Below are positions 11,486 through 24,830 of a stretch of 64,000 bases of DNA, piece after piece. The notes under the pieces were generated by a model. The model did no database searches. It saw nothing but the letters and a program-made list of their open reading frames with translations, and was not told the DNA's origin. Source of the stretch: Lama guanicoe (Eukaryota); assembly GCA_013239625.1 (NCBI GenBank), contig MU056000.1, positions 9,869,175 through 9,933,174 on the forward strand, read 5' to 3'. The position numbers and the translations under genes were made by a program. Each line of letters begins with the position of its first letter. The stretch's first letter is position 1.

Positions 11486-11920
11486 TCACCTTACCTATAT
11501 TTTAAAGTGTATTCTATCCCTCATTAAGAAAATATATTTGCTTAACCTTTTCCCATGTGTCCTGTTGTTCAGCAGTCTGGCCTGTCCAAATCTCCACATC
11601 ATTCAAATAGGAGTCTCAAAAACACACTAACTTATTAGCATAAATAGTTGAATGACTCTAAAGTTCCTTTAAAGTCTCATGTCAAACAGTAAGTATAATT
11701 TTAAAATGTAGCTCATCTCTGGGGATAAAATTAAATAGGAAGTGTATATAGTTTCCAGGAAATTAATGACTTCATATATTTGGTAAAATTCCATAGGGAA
11801 TGGCTTAAAAATAACACTCCTCATTTCATTATCTATGTCACAATATCTCTAAGAAATACAGTAGACATTTAAAACTCAGCCTTTCGTACTGAAAAATAAT
11901 AAGCACTTAAACAGACTTAC

Positions 11921-12092
11921 GGATCTTTGCAAAAGCGTTTTTCAAGTACATCTCAATGTTCAGTGATGTCCAGGTCAGTGCAGCCACGCCGGGCTGGAGG
12001 GCTTCATCCACCTTGGCCAAATGAGGGGCCATCAGTAGCTCCATGATGGGAGGCATTTTTGACTTCACTCTCTGATATTCAGCCAACATCAT
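11921..12092 (-). CDS. DNAH5: DNAH5 exon 16 (172 nt, [12 protein letters not shown]...LTWTSLNI...AFAKI)
   Basis: cattgcag| acceptor, TCC|GTAAGT donor; ORF 11907..12098. Confidence 0.96.
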
Positions 12093-12609
12093 CTGCAATG
12101 AAATGGGGGTTAAGTAATCAATTAATATCTCACTTTTAATATCTATTAATATCTCATTTTTTAATCCAAAAGGATTACTTTTATTTAGGGTTCAGCTGTA
12201 GGGCTCCCACAGTAGCCTGGCAAGCAGAATCAGACGAAACAAAAGAAGAACAGAAGACAAGAAATCTCTCATAAACACAAATTCCTAATCCATAAAATAC
12301 CACTGAGGAGAGAAAAAGAATTTAAGAGTAAGAGTTTCTCACCCCCTATCCAGCCCAAAAGGGGAGGAAAGTTCTGAGGTCAAGTGACTTTTCCAAACCC
12401 GGTTAAGCCATGTTACCAGGGCCTTGGCCTGTGCATCACTCGGTTCATTCATTCAACTTTGCACACTGTCACCACGGGCTCCCTGCTCCACTGGGCACTT
12501 CCTGTGGATCAGATTCAGTACCCAAAGTGTCCGGGTGAGCAGAGGTCTGCTCAGCCCATTGCTGGGATCACAGGCCAAGTCTTGGTGCAAGAACCAAAGC
12601 ACAAAGGGA

Positions 12610-13640
12610 GAGAGTCAGGAACCAGTGTTGATGTCAACAAATGTCATGGCTTTAAGTATCATCCATAGGCTGAAGACAGTGAAACTTACATCACCAGCCC
12701 GGATCTCACTTCTGAAGTCAAGATTCATATGCGGCAACAGCCCACTCAGTGTCTCCACTTGAATATCTAACAGACATTTCAAACTGAACATGTTCAAAAC
12801 TGAAAGTTTGTTCTTACCCCAAAACTTTCTCTGCCAACATCATTCTCCATCTCAAATGATGGCAAGTCCATCCTTTTAGTCCTCAGGCCAATTCTCAAAG
12901 TAATCCTTGACTTTTCTCCTTCTCTCATACTCACACGCAATCCATCAGAATATCTTGTTTGTTCCATATTTTAAAAAGATCCTGTATCTGCCCTGCTTAC
13001 CATATCCACTGCTACCACCATCGCTGAGTCTCACTGAGATTATTGTAATGGTCTACCGCTGTCTCCCTGCTTCCACTCACACCCCCTAAATATAGCCTAT
13101 GCTCAATCTAGCAGCAAGAGTGATTCTTTCAAAATGTTAAGTCAGATCATGTCACTCCTTTGCTTACATGGCTACATGACTTCCCATTTCCTTCGGGCCT
13201 ACAGATTCTCACGTTGGTCTACAAAGACCGACCCAGTCTGGTCCTCATTACTTCTCTAATCTCATCTCCAATCACTTTTCTTCTTTCTTACCTACTCCTG
13301 CCCTACTCCTGTTTTCCGTGCAAGTCCTTAGGGCCTTTGTGTCTCCTTCAAATATTTACTCAAATGCCACCTTCTCAATTAGGCCTGTCCTGACCATCTA
13401 TTTAAGATTGTAAAGCATCACCAAAAACAACCAATGCACTCTATCCTCTTTGCCCTGCTCCATTTTTTCTATAGGATCTATCACTTTCTAATAGACTATA
13501 TAATTTACCTATACGTTCATTGCTTATTTTCTGTCTTACCCAATGAGAATACAAGTTATATAAGGACAAGAACTTGGTCTGCTTTGTTCAATGTGCCTGA
13601 AACAGTAACTGGCACATAGAAGATGATCAATCTACATTCT
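12610..13640 (+). mobile_element. L2a 3' portion
   Basis: CTCCACTTGAATATCTAACAGACATTTCAAACTGAACATG...GTCAGATCATGTCACTCCT...CTGGCACATAGAAGATG. Confidence 0.8.
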
Positions 13641-13873
13641 CTAATTAATTAATTAGCTGTTATTAGAAGGAGCATTTGTGATTAGCAACTCATGGTTCTC
13701 CATTAATATTTTCCTGTTGCACGATGTTGAATACGATGTGTCAGTATTTTGTTCATATATTACTATTTTTAAATAAGACTATTAGTATTTCTAGCTTACC
13801 TTTTATGGTAATGTGAATATTAATAGTAATTAATTATAAGAAAGCAACTTCAATGTACTTCTTAAATACAATT

Positions 13874-14103
13874 TTGTTTTGTTTTGTTTTTTAATTGCAG
13901 TATAGTCAGTTTACAATGTTGTGTCAATTTCTGGTATACAGCACAATGTTTCAGTCATACATGAATATACATACATTCATTTTCATATTCTTTTTTACCA
14001 TAAGCTACTACGAGATATCGAATATAGTTCCCTGTGCTATACTGTATAAACTTGTTTATCTATTTTATATATACTAGTTAGTACCTGCAAATCTCAAAAT
14101 CCC
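13874..14103 (-). mobile_element. Young L1 3' end (5'-truncated) with TSD
   Basis: T-rich tail then TTTACAATGTTGTGTCAATTTCTGGT...AATATAGTTCCCTGTGCTATAC; TSD AATACAATT at 13865-13873 and 14104-14112. Confidence 0.82.
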
Positions 14104-14167
14104 AATACAATTGTTTTTAAACTCATATATTTGTAATGTGCATGCTGGTGTTACTTTGTTGTTTTAT

Positions 14168-14410
14168 CAATGTTTCCCAAAGTAATTTCCCTGAAATGCT
14201 TGCCCCAAGAAATTCTGTAAGAAAAATTGTCCCTGGATAGTAAGTTTGGAAAACACGGTACACAATATCTCCCTTAGTGGACAGTCACAATTAATATTTC
14301 AGCTTCTAAAAAAAGCTGCAAGAAGGAAGTAAGGAGCCCAATGGATTTCGTGAATTTTGTTAAACTCAAAAAGAGTTTCCAAAATGGACCACATAATCCT
14401 TTCTTCATTT
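14168..14410 (+). mobile_element. hAT-Charlie MITE, MER112-like
   Basis: CAATGTTTCCCAAAG start, TAAGTTTGGAAAACAC, TTTGTTAAACTC...TTTCCAAAATGGACCAC. Confidence 0.5.
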
Positions 14411-15020
14411 GACATGTTTCCACCATTTCTGTAATATCCTTTCAATTTCCATGAAAAACTTAAATTTGATAGTTCTATCAGCAGCTACTTACTCATTGCC
14501 TGAACTGTTTATCCTCGGCTTACCTTTTCTTCAATGTTCATCACTTCTTCTATCTGGGAAGCAATTCTTACAATCAACCTCTAGCAGCCCTTCTGCTTCC
14601 AACCTTAATCCTTTAACCCCAGGAGGTATTATTCATCCATTTTATGAATGAAAAACTGAGGCTTATAAGGGTAAAGTAATTTGCCCAAAGATAATGCTTT
14701 GAATCCAGATCGGCTTTGGAATCTGTATTCCTAACGACTAGTCCATGCTGACTCGTCTCTTTCTAGTCTGAACTGTCTTCCAAGGACTAGATGGAGAAAA
14801 CAGACTCTCAGCTACTTCAGCATATCTACGGAAGCCTGGAAACTCTGCTAAATATTCAGCACAATGACTCAGCAACACCTGAGACAGTCCCCCAAACATG
14901 CCAATAGATCCGCTCTTACCAGCTACTCATGTTGGGTGGGAACCTTCTACACCTTCATCTTCAGGTTACAATAAATGCCAGCCAGATGATAATTCACTTG
15001 CTAGAGTTGACATTTACAAC

Positions 15021-15526
15021 TGTAGTGGTTTTAAAACAGTCTTTTCGACCCTCGTCCCTTCCTGAGGTGGGGTACATGTCCCCTCTCCTTGAATCTGGGT
15101 GGGCTACGGAGCCCAACAGAGCAACAGAAGTGATGCTATGAGACATATGAGAATGTCCAAAAGGTCATGTGGCTTCCTCCTTGTTTACTATAGTGCCCGC
15201 TACTGAAAACCTGAATTGACTTATAAGAAATTCTACTGCCCTGAAGCCTCCATCCTGGAAGGCCACACATAGATGCTCCAGTCCTTCATCCCATCTGAGC
15301 GAAAATTCCAGCCATTCCCACTGAAGAACCAGAGAATAAATCCATCTAGGACCTCCCAGAATGAACATCTGCCAATCGAACTAAACAACCCTGATCGGTG
15401 CCACATAGAGCAGAAGAATCACCTAGCCAAGCCTTGTGTAAACTCTTTACTCACAGAATCATGAGATACAATGAAGTTGTTGTTTTAAGCCATCACATTT
15501 GGGGGCTGTTACATGAAACAGAAACA
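15021..15526 (+). mobile_element. MaLR LTR (MLT1-family)
   Basis: TGTAGTGGTTTTAAA start, TCCCCTCTCCTTGAATCTGGG, CACAGAATCATGAGATA..TTGTTGTTTTAAGCCA; partly recopied at 17317-17640. Confidence 0.75.
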
Positions 15527-15734
15527 GCAATTCTCTGGACAAAATTGTCACTAGTAATTATATTTCTTAGTAAAAATAACCATTTTCTTTACAAATATGT
15601 AGCCTGACTAAATTATTTTTCTAACATGCAAGAAAAATCTAAAAGGGAATTCCAACATGCTGACCAGTATTTGACGAGCTTACATTTGAGGAATGTCTGT
15701 CCATTGCCAACATTAACTTTTTAACATAACATGG

Positions 15735-15955
15735 AGTGGGAAAACAGTAGACTACAAGTTTGAGTTCTGGTCCTATTTCTGCCATTTACTAGCTAGGAGA
15801 TCGTGGCTAAGTCATTTAATTTCTCTGAGCCACAGTTTTGTCACCTACAAAACAATATAATAGTATTCTATCCCAATTATCCAACATGGCTGTGGAAGAT
15901 ATCAAATGGAGTATGACTATGAAAATGGTTAAAAATGTAAAGCATTATGCAAATT
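15735..15955 (+). mobile_element. MIR SINE
   Basis: TCTGCCATTTACTAGCT...AAGTCATTTAATTTCTCTGAGCCACAGTTT core. Confidence 0.75.
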
Positions 15956-16019
15956 CATGGCCTTATTGGCCTTATCTCATGATATTGACCACTATAAAAT
16001 TGTACCAATGGTTTCCATG

Positions 16020-16990
16020 TTGACAAATACCATGGCTTGCTCTCTGACCTCACCATGAGTGTCCTCTGGGCAACATTTGTCGCTGGTGACCAGTCCCTCC
16101 CTGATGAGGCTTTTCTCACTCTTGGCTTCCTTGACTCTTGGCTTCCACCTACCTCAAAGGCCAATCCTTAATTTTATTTGTACATCTGTCCTTTTCTATC
16201 AGGCCTTTAATATTGGAGAAACCCAGGGTTGAATGTAGACCCTCTACTCTTTAGATCCTCTTCCTTGGAAATCTTGTGCAGGACAAAGACTTTAAATAGC
16301 AACTATATTCTGATAACTCTCAAAAGTATGCCTTCGACTTTGACTCCTCTAGTCAACTCCAGACTTACACATCCATCTGCATGGATAACACCTCCACCTC
16401 AATCCCTAAAGATCATCTTATACTTAAGAAGGGAACTATTGATTCTCTTCTGCCCCCCAAAATAAGCTACTTCCAGTCTTTGCCATCTCCATGAGTGGAA
16501 CTTCCATGCAGGGCCACTGCATGTTATTGAGCACGTGTGTAGAATCCAACCAACACAGTAATATTTATTAGTCCCACTTTGAGTAAATCCATCTAGTTGC
16601 TCACACCAAAAGCAGAGGAATCATCCTTGAGTTCTTTCATAACCTGCCAGTTGATGTAATTCTCTAATTCACTGATCTACTTCTCAACTGTCACCCTAGT
16701 TCAAGCCACCGTCATCTCCACCCTGAACCAGTGCAACAGCCCACCAATTTGGTTTCATGCTGACACTCTTGTCCCCTTAAAATCTATTCTCCACCCAGCG
16801 GCAAGAATAATTGTTATTATAAAAGACATCTTGCCTTTCTCTCCTGATCAGATTCCTCTACTGGCTTCCTGGTGCACTCAAACATACAGCATTGGTTTAC
16901 AAGATCTATAATGACCTGGATCTTGCCAACTCTACAGTCCCATCCTAGCCTCAGTCACTTCACCACAGTCATCCTGGGCACTTTCTATTC
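16020..16990 (+). mobile_element. L2 fragment (partly recopied at 17931-18840)
   Basis: CTTTTCTCACTCTTGGCTTCCTTGAC...CTAGTTCAAGCCACCGTCATCTC...TCTATTCTCCAC. Confidence 0.7.
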
Positions 16991-17021
16991 CTCAACGGTG
17001 ACACATCACGAGATTTTTTTT

Positions 17022-17316
17022 NNNNNNNNNNNNNNNNNNNNNNNNNNNNNNNNNNNNNNNNNNNNNNNNNNNNNNNNNNNNNNNNNNNNNNNNNNNNNNN
17101 NNNNNNNNNNNNNNNNNNNNNNNNNNNNNNNNNNNNNNNNNNNNNNNNNNNNNNNNNNNNNNNNNNNNNNNNNNNNNNNNNNNNNNNNNNNNNNNNNNNN
17201 NNNNNNNNNNNNNNNNNNNNNNNNNNNNNNNNNNNNNNNNNNNNNNNNNNNNNNNNNNNNNNNNNNNNNNNNNNNNNNNNNNNNNNNNNNNNNNNNNNNN
17301 NNNNNNNNNNNNNNNN
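17022..17316. other. Assembly gap (295 N)
   Basis: Run of n. Confidence 1.
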
Positions 17317-17699
17317 CTGAAAACCTGAATTGACTTATAAGAAATTCTACTGCCCTGAAGCCTCCATCCTGGAAGGCCACACATAGATGCTCCAGTCCTT
17401 CATCCCATCTGAGCGAAAATTCCAGCCATTCCCACTGAAGAACCAGAGAATAAATCCATCTTGGACCTCCCAGAATGAACATCTGCCAATCGAACTAAAC
17501 AACCCTGATCAGTGCCACATAGAGCGGAAGAATCACCTAGCCAAGCCTTGTGTAAACTCTTTACTCACAGAATCATGAGATACAATGAAGTTGTTGTTTT
17601 AAGCCATCACATTTGGGGGCTGTTACATGAAACAGAAACAGCAATTCTCTGGACAAAATTGTCACTAGTAATTATATTTCTTAGTAAAAATAACCATTT

Positions 17700-17930
17700 N
17701 NNNNNNNNNNNNNNNNNNNNNNNNNNNNNNNNNNNNNNNNNNNNNNNNNNNNNNNNNNNNNNNNNNNNNNNNNNNNNNNNNNNNNNNNNNNNNNNNNNNN
17801 NNNNNNNNNNNNNNNNNNNNNNNNNNNNNNNNNNNNNNNNNNNNNNNNNNNNNNNNNNNNNNNNNNNNNNNNNNNNNNNNNNNNNNNNNNNNNNNNNNNN
17901 NNNNNNNNNNNNNNNNNNNNNNNNNNNNNN
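17700..17930. other. Assembly gap (231 N)
   Basis: Run of n. Confidence 1.
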
Positions 17931-18921
17931 CTGGTGACCAGTCCCTCCCTGATGAGGCTTTTCTCACTCTTGGCTTCCTTGACTCTTGGCTTCCACCTAC
18001 CTCAAAGGCCAATCCTTAATTTTATTTGTACATCTGTCCTTTTCTATCAGGCCTTTAATATTGGAGAAACCCAGGGTTGAATGTAGACCCTCTACTCTTT
18101 AGATCCTCTTCCTTGGAAATCTTGTGCAGGACAAAGACTTTAAATAGCAACTATATTCTGATAACTCTCAAAAGTATGCCTTCGACTTTGACTCCTCTAG
18201 TCAACTCCAGACTTACACATCCATCTGCATGGATAACACCTCCACCTCAATCCCTAAAGATCATCTTATACTTAAGAAGGGAACTATTGATTCTCTTCTG
18301 CCCCCCAAAATAAGCTACTTCCAGTCTTTGCCATCTCCATGAGTGGAACTTCCATGCAGGGCCACTGCATGTTATTGAGCACGTGTGTAGAATCCAACCA
18401 ACACAGTAATATTTATTAGTCCCACTTTGAGTAAATCCATCTAGTTGCTCACACCAAAAGCAGAGGAATCATCCTTGAGTTCTTTCATAACCTGCCAGTT
18501 GATGTAATTCTCTAATTCACTGATCTACTTCTCAACTGTCACCCTAGTTCAAGCCACCGTCATCTCCACCCTGAACCAGTGCAACAGCCCACCAATTTGG
18601 TTTCATGCTGACACTCTTGTCCCCTTAAAATCTATTCTCCACCCAGCGGCAAGAATAATTGTTATTATAAAAGACATCTTGCCTTTCTCTCCTGATCAGA
18701 TTCCTCTACTGGCTTCCTGGTGCACTCAAACATACAGCATTGGTTTACAAGATCTATAATGACCTGGATCTTGCCAACTCTACAGTCCCATCCTAGCCTC
18801 AGTCACTTCACCACAGTCATCCTGGGCACTTTCTATTCCTCAACGGTGACGCATCACGAGATTTTTTTTTAATGCAAACTGGGGCTAGCCAGGAAGGGGG
18901 AAAAAAATAAAAGTACTATAC

Positions 18922-19128
18922 CTTCACATTACTGAAGTTCTTTTTGTATATATCTCGTTTCTGGAAAAGGGCAGCTGCAAATGGTGAAACTTCCAGGCCC
19001 ATCTGTGACATGCACTCTGTTTCTCTAAATAAGGTTAAAATCTGAGGATCAAAGTTTACAAACAATTTCCCTGTGCCTGGAGCCTTCACCAATAAAGAAG
19101 CCTCAAGTCCTATGTGAATTTCTTCAGT
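18922..19128 (-). CDS. DNAH5: DNAH5 exon 15 (207 nt, [36 protein letters not shown]...NFSNVK)
   Basis: ctcacag| acceptor, AAG|GTATAG donor; VNFDP motif. Confidence 0.96.
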
Positions 19129-20046
19129 CTGTGAGAAGAGATCAACATTGTTACTATCAGAAGGTTCAGTGCATATGGGTATATAGCTCTGCCACTTCTG
19201 GGAATGAAGTTCATTAAGTGTTCTTCCATGGATTTGAGTTTCTCAAACTAAAGACAACGGGGTCCCTCACTCTTCTCCTGATTTCAAGAGACTTCCAGTT
19301 CTTGGTGGTGATACACAGTCAATTCAACCAAATCCTTGGGTTATGAATCTCCGACACCTTGTAAGTGGATACTGCCATACTGGTGACTTTGCAAAAGCCA
19401 TTTTATTCCCTGATACCTTCATGCCTACTCAGTTATTTTTTACTAATAAAAGTTTCATGAAACCTACTAAACTCAAGTTTTCAGTTATCTAGAAAATCAA
19501 TGAAAACCACTATGGAGACATCACCATTAATGATTCAGACACCAAAAGTTGACCCAGGAAAATGAGATACCATTTTAGAGGCCTTATAAGGCTGGATTTT
19601 TATCCTCCAAAATACTTCCTGCCAATCCACAGAGAAACACAAGTGTTGGTGGGTATGAAATATAATTTGAGTAATGTAGTATGGACAAATAAAATTTAAG
19701 ACTTTGTTTAACAGGCATACTAGTGTTTATGGACACATTAAGGAACTTAATGGAGAAAAAAAGAAATCTTAATCAACCAGGTAAAGGAATCAATAAACAG
19801 GATCTTCTCCCTTAGGAGTTTGTAAATTAAAGAAAGATGAGTCACATGAAGATCTTTAGCTCAAATTTAATTATTATCTTTCTTCATGTACATATTATAC
19901 TCTCTGACTGATTACTCACCTAGAGCCAAACCCTGTCTTATAAAATATCCACAAACTCAAATCTCTATGGAATTAAAACTGTCAAATGTTAGCAGGGGGC
20001 TTCCCATGGACTTGACAATGGGGACATCTTTTAAACGTAGACTCAC

Positions 20047-20368
20047 TTGCTGAAGCCATGCCCTGTGGTACAGAACCTCGAACTCCAGGAGGACCTTGGC
20101 CACCCTGTTGTAGCTGCGAATCACAGGTTTGGCTTCGGCCGTCTGGAGCACGCTTGGGTGCTGCTGGAAAAGCTGCATTGGTTGCTGAATCCTGTGGAAG
20201 AGCTGACGGGCCCACAAAATCTTCCCAGCAATGGGAGGCTGGTCTCGAGCCAAAGGAGGATCACATCTCTGCTTTGTATACAGCTTCGAGATCATATCAA
20301 TGTCAGCCCCATAGTTGTCAAGGATACGCCGGTATTTGTCATCAATGCCAAGATCAGGTATATTCAAT
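20047..20368 (-). CDS. DNAH5: DNAH5 exon 14 (322 nt, [12 protein letters not shown]...[17 protein letters not shown]...AWLQQ)
   Basis: aaaatcag| acceptor, CAA|GTGAGT donor; PPxAGxIxW dynein tail motif; ORF 19957..20367. Confidence 0.96.
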
Positions 20369-20844
20369 CTGATTTTTTTTTTAAAGTGAAAGGCTTGAAT
20401 TAATGGGATGATATCCAGAAATCTTGTTTATTAAAAATTTGTTTTAAAACACATGCTGATGGAAGAGAATGAAATATTTATTTGGCCTACTAAAAAAATC
20501 AAAATGGAGTCAATCCATCAATCATATCGCAGCAGAGTGTTTTTTTTTAAAAATAGTATCAATCCTTAAAATATAGTTAAAACTATTGGTAAAAGTTTTT
20601 TCAACTTACCTAAACATTAAATAATATTATGACAGGCAGTCACAAGATACTTCAAAGCTGAGAGGAAATAAACTCTTAATCCTCTGAAGAACTTAAAAAC
20701 CTTGACCTTGTTATTCAGATTGTCAAGAGAGGATTATCTTTCCATTAAAATATGAAATAATAACATAATGACATAAACTAAACTATGTTTATATTACCCA
20801 CAATTTTAGAAAACAGAATTTAGAAAAATCTTTCAAATTTTTAC

Positions 20845-20930
20845 CTTTCAAATTTCTTTAGCATACTTAGAGCTTGATTGGTGTTTTGAATCTTTTCAAA
20901 CGTAACATCCATGAACTTCTGCAACTTATT
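20845..20930 (-). CDS. DNAH5: DNAH5 exon 13 (86 nt, NKLQKFMDVTFEKIQNTNQALSMLKKFE)
   Basis: ctattttag| acceptor, AAG|GTAAAA donor. Confidence 0.95.
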
Positions 20931-23237
20931 CTAAAATAGGATAAAGTCTGATTATGCACAAAGAATTAGCATTGTGAAAAATCCTATTTCGCTGTAAGAT
21001 AAAAGAGCTCCCCGTTCTCTACAAATGCAGACAACATAGGACAAAATATAACAGAAAATGTGATACTCATCTAAGTTTAAAGAAAAATAAATGTCCAGAA
21101 ACTGGAACAAAGAGGAACTTGTAAGTCAGAGCGGTCATGAGGGTTGGCACTTGTCTAGGGGCGCTGGACCAGATATTTCTGCAAACAGCACATCCTAGGA
21201 TCAAGAAATCTTCCTGCACTAAAGAACATTACAGTGAGCCTACCTAAATAAACACTCGACTTTCAGAGAAAAATCTTTGGTTATAAACTAGGCAGAGCTA
21301 GAGCATTTATTCCATTCCCTCCCTCTAACTTCAGACACAGTAAGTCTTTACTGAGCCCTAACTCTTAGACCTGGCTGGTTTTCCTTGCTTTTCTAACCTA
21401 TGGTTTTGCAAAGGCTGACAATGAGTTCCTCATGAACACCCAAGACCTCGAATTAGTCTTCTTTTCTCTCTGGACCACAGGTCCCTTCTTAGAGTCTTTC
21501 GAAGTCTGTAGTGGAATCTTCTAGGTCTCTCAGTTCTGGGCTCTCAGGTCCTACTCAGTTTTCCCTTAACTCAGCTTGTCACCTCAGCAGCTGGTCCTTA
21601 CTAAATAGTGCCTTACTTTGCCTGCTGGAGACAGCATGCTTCTAGACTTTCAACAGCCCACCTGGTCCCAATGCCCTGCCTCTCTTTGGTCTATCAGTAC
21701 CAGCATGAGCCCTAAATCTGGACAGGATCCTAGGCTCTGATCCCCTTGACAGTGGATCCCTGGACACAACCCTGATCCAAATCACTCATGTACCACACAC
21801 ACTGCCAACACACACACTGTCTGGTCTCACATCTCGGAGATGCCACAGTTACTGGTCCTCTCCATTCCATCTCCAAGACTCATCACCCCCACTCACTAAA
21901 TTCAGAGTCACGGGAAGGCCAGTATTTTCACCCAGTTTTATAGGGACAAGGGCTGAATTCATGCAAATAGGCGGGTTATTTAAAGGAGAGAGTATAAAAA
22001 GGTAAGTTAAGAGACAGTAGATGGAGAAAGGGACAAAGAAGTCAGAGGAAAACTGGTCAGCAAACCAAAGAGAGAAGTTGACTATTTTTGAAATGGAAGA
22101 CAAGATGAGTAACAGTGTTAGATTTCTAAAAATTAGTTTTTAGGAACTAATCTATGACTAATACTTAAAAACCAGGCTGTAAAACATTTATAAAATTTTA
22201 TTCTCAGTATTATGAACAGTGGGCACCACCTTGAAAAAGCCTCCTCCTTCCTCTCATTCCCCCTCCATTTACTTGGAAAACATAAACAGGGTTCTAGCAC
22301 AGATGAGGCTCCTCTCTGAAGCTCTTCCCAACCCCAGTCAAGCAAAAGTACGCAACTCACTCCATACCCCGTCTTATGGGCTGTAGCAAGTCTCAGTCTG
22401 TGTGATTTTTTGCAGGTCTGTCCTCCCTGTAAGTTTCCTTCTTTCTTTGGAATATGTCTTTTTACCTTTGACTCCTCACTTCCTAATAGCATATCAGAAT
22501 ATTATACTTTTATAATTAGTCATTTTAGCCACTATTTATCCTTTTTTAATGATACATTCATTACACTGTTCTAACATCTATATACTTATATTTCAATCAT
22601 AGCCCATGTCTGATATGAGCTTTGAGGGCAAATCAATGATTGCTTGATTGACTGATTATGATTTATCTCTGTATTCATAACCTACAGCATAGAAGCCCAA
22701 TACATAATTAATGTACAGTAAATGCACATTTAATTGCAATAAATCTCATTCTAGAGAGGATGGGGCCTGAACATCAAGAGGGGTCCAGGTGCTGAGTGGG
22801 TCCTGGTACCACTGTCCCAAGGCCAGATATAGCCCAGGCTTTCGGATTGGCCAAACATCACTGACCATTAGCTTGAGCTACCCCTGGTCATAATCATTGC
22901 TCTAAAGCAAGAAGCAAGCAGAAACAAATTTCTGTATTCTAATAACACTGTGTTTCAACAGAAGATAAAAGTTAATTCTCTAAGATCTAAGATGAAACAC
23001 ATGCAGAAGTCTGTGATTACAGATTGTTATCCAAAGCTATCTTTATGACCTTTTAATCTATGAAAAAGAGCCTTCAATTATTAATCCAAAATCACAAAAT
23101 GCAGGCTGAGCTTGCTATCGGTCACCTCCACGATGAAGACGCTTCTCCCTTCTGAATGGGTAATGACTAGCAGCATTGCAAAGAATGGAAAAAATAAACA
23201 CCAGACTGTCAACGGGGAACTGTGTTATACAACCTAC

Positions 23238-23345
23238 ATGAAGGTCATTAGTCTGCTTGCAAAACTCTTCATAATCCTGCTCGAAATCCATTTTCCGCTG
23301 GTCTAAGAAATTATATTCCTTTTTCTTTATGGTGGCAACAATACC
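23238..23345 (-). CDS. DNAH5: DNAH5 exon 12 (108 nt, [36 protein letters not shown])
   Basis: catttcag| acceptor, CAT|GTAGGT donor. Confidence 0.95.
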
Positions 23346-24404
23346 CTGAAATGTTATGAAAGAAATAAGACAATACTTCAATCTTCTTGCATTACTTAAG
23401 TAAATACGACCTTTAAATATAGAACCTATACAGTCATGCCTAAAAATCCAAAGCAATAAAGGAGCCTTTTTTTCTTTAATTATTCTCGTTGCTTCATGCA
23501 TATTAGGAGCATTACTCTATTACCTGGTGCATTCAAAGAAATCACTGAATCATTTGGAAAGCATTTTTCTGAGGCTTTATGTATTTTTGAAGAAAAATAT
23601 AAAACAGAAACTACATCTGAACAGCAGGAAAGATGTTTTGTCTAAAAAATTCTTACTAATTGCATCTGAAATAAAAAAAAAAAAAGCCCAAAGTAGAATT
23701 TACTAAAATACTTTTCATTGAAAAGTTTAAGTCTTCTCAGGAAGACTTTGTGTTTTACAGAACACAAACAATTAGGAAGAAAACAGTTATGTTATAATAG
23801 CTACAGATGAAAAACTATCTTCCAAGCCTCAAATGTCTTAAATAAAATATCAAACCACAATCTACCATTTAAAGAATCTCTAGAATTAATTGCTTCCTTC
23901 TGCCCTGCAAAGCCACAGTCTGTGACTATAACAGTACAGATTAGGTAACTCATCTTCTTGAAAATACTATTATCTGAAGCTTTGTTTGTTCTGAATAATG
24001 AGCTATGATGCTCTGTGATCGTTCTTCACCAGGTCCTAAGCCTTTCTCAAACCTGGGTGCCCACACTGTTGACACAGGCATATAATTTTTATGAAGAATG
24101 TTGGGCCTCCTTCCACCAACTCCTCTTCAAAGTCATTTCCATTTAAATATCAGTTCAAATCCCTCAGTAGACCGAAGTGTCTGAGATGCATAACTTCTTG
24201 AATCAAGCTGACTAGACAAAATGGCCTCCTCTTTCATGCTGTATAACCACAAAGTTAGGTCTATTCCAACATTTGAAAGTGGCATTTTAAAAGATGTGGA
24301 GCCCTTGGAAAATTCTGCTCTATAATGGAATTTAATGGTCATTTAAGAGCATTAACTTAAGTAAATAAACTGATAAACCATGACCTTTAAATCAACTGAT
24401 CAAA

Positions 24405-24830
24405 CTCAATCTATTGAACCATTTACCTGACAAATTTATTGCACACCTATCATATGCCAGTAAATTCTGAAGATACAGGAATGAACAGAACAAAGAAACC
24501 TTATTCTGGAACTTACATCCTCGGTTGGGGAGAAGGGATCAGAATCTACAGAAGTCACAAGTAAATGGGCAGGATAATTTCAGACATAAGTGATAACATA
24601 AGTAACATGATATAGAGGGATGGAGGTGAAACAGAGATTCAGGAAAACGTAACTGAGAAGGTCATTTAAATCAAGATCTGGAGGCCACAGAGGAAATAAC
24701 CAGGTGATGGTCCAGAGGCAGAACCTTCCAGATAAAAAGCCCCAAGGTGGATTCAGGTGGCCTGGTCTGTACCTGGAGAACACGGAATGCAGCGAGGAGG
24801 AGCAGGTGAGGAGGCTGGAGCAGGGGATGG
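24405..24830 (-). mobile_element. L2 3' fragment
   Basis: ACAAATTTATTGCACACCTATCATATGCCAG...GGAACTTACATCCT...CTGAGAAGGTCATTTAA. Confidence 0.7.

Larger units (their letters stand above)
15203..18869 (+). repeat. Near-identical tandem duplication: 15203-15585 = 17317-17699 and 16083-17021 = 17931-18869
   Basis: Direct comparison; only four substitutions seen; duplicated ORFs in the ORF track. Confidence 0.95.

Noticed and set aside
16872..18012. Long ORFs of 115-158 aa in the ORF track
   Set aside because: They run through N gaps (poly-X) and are artefacts
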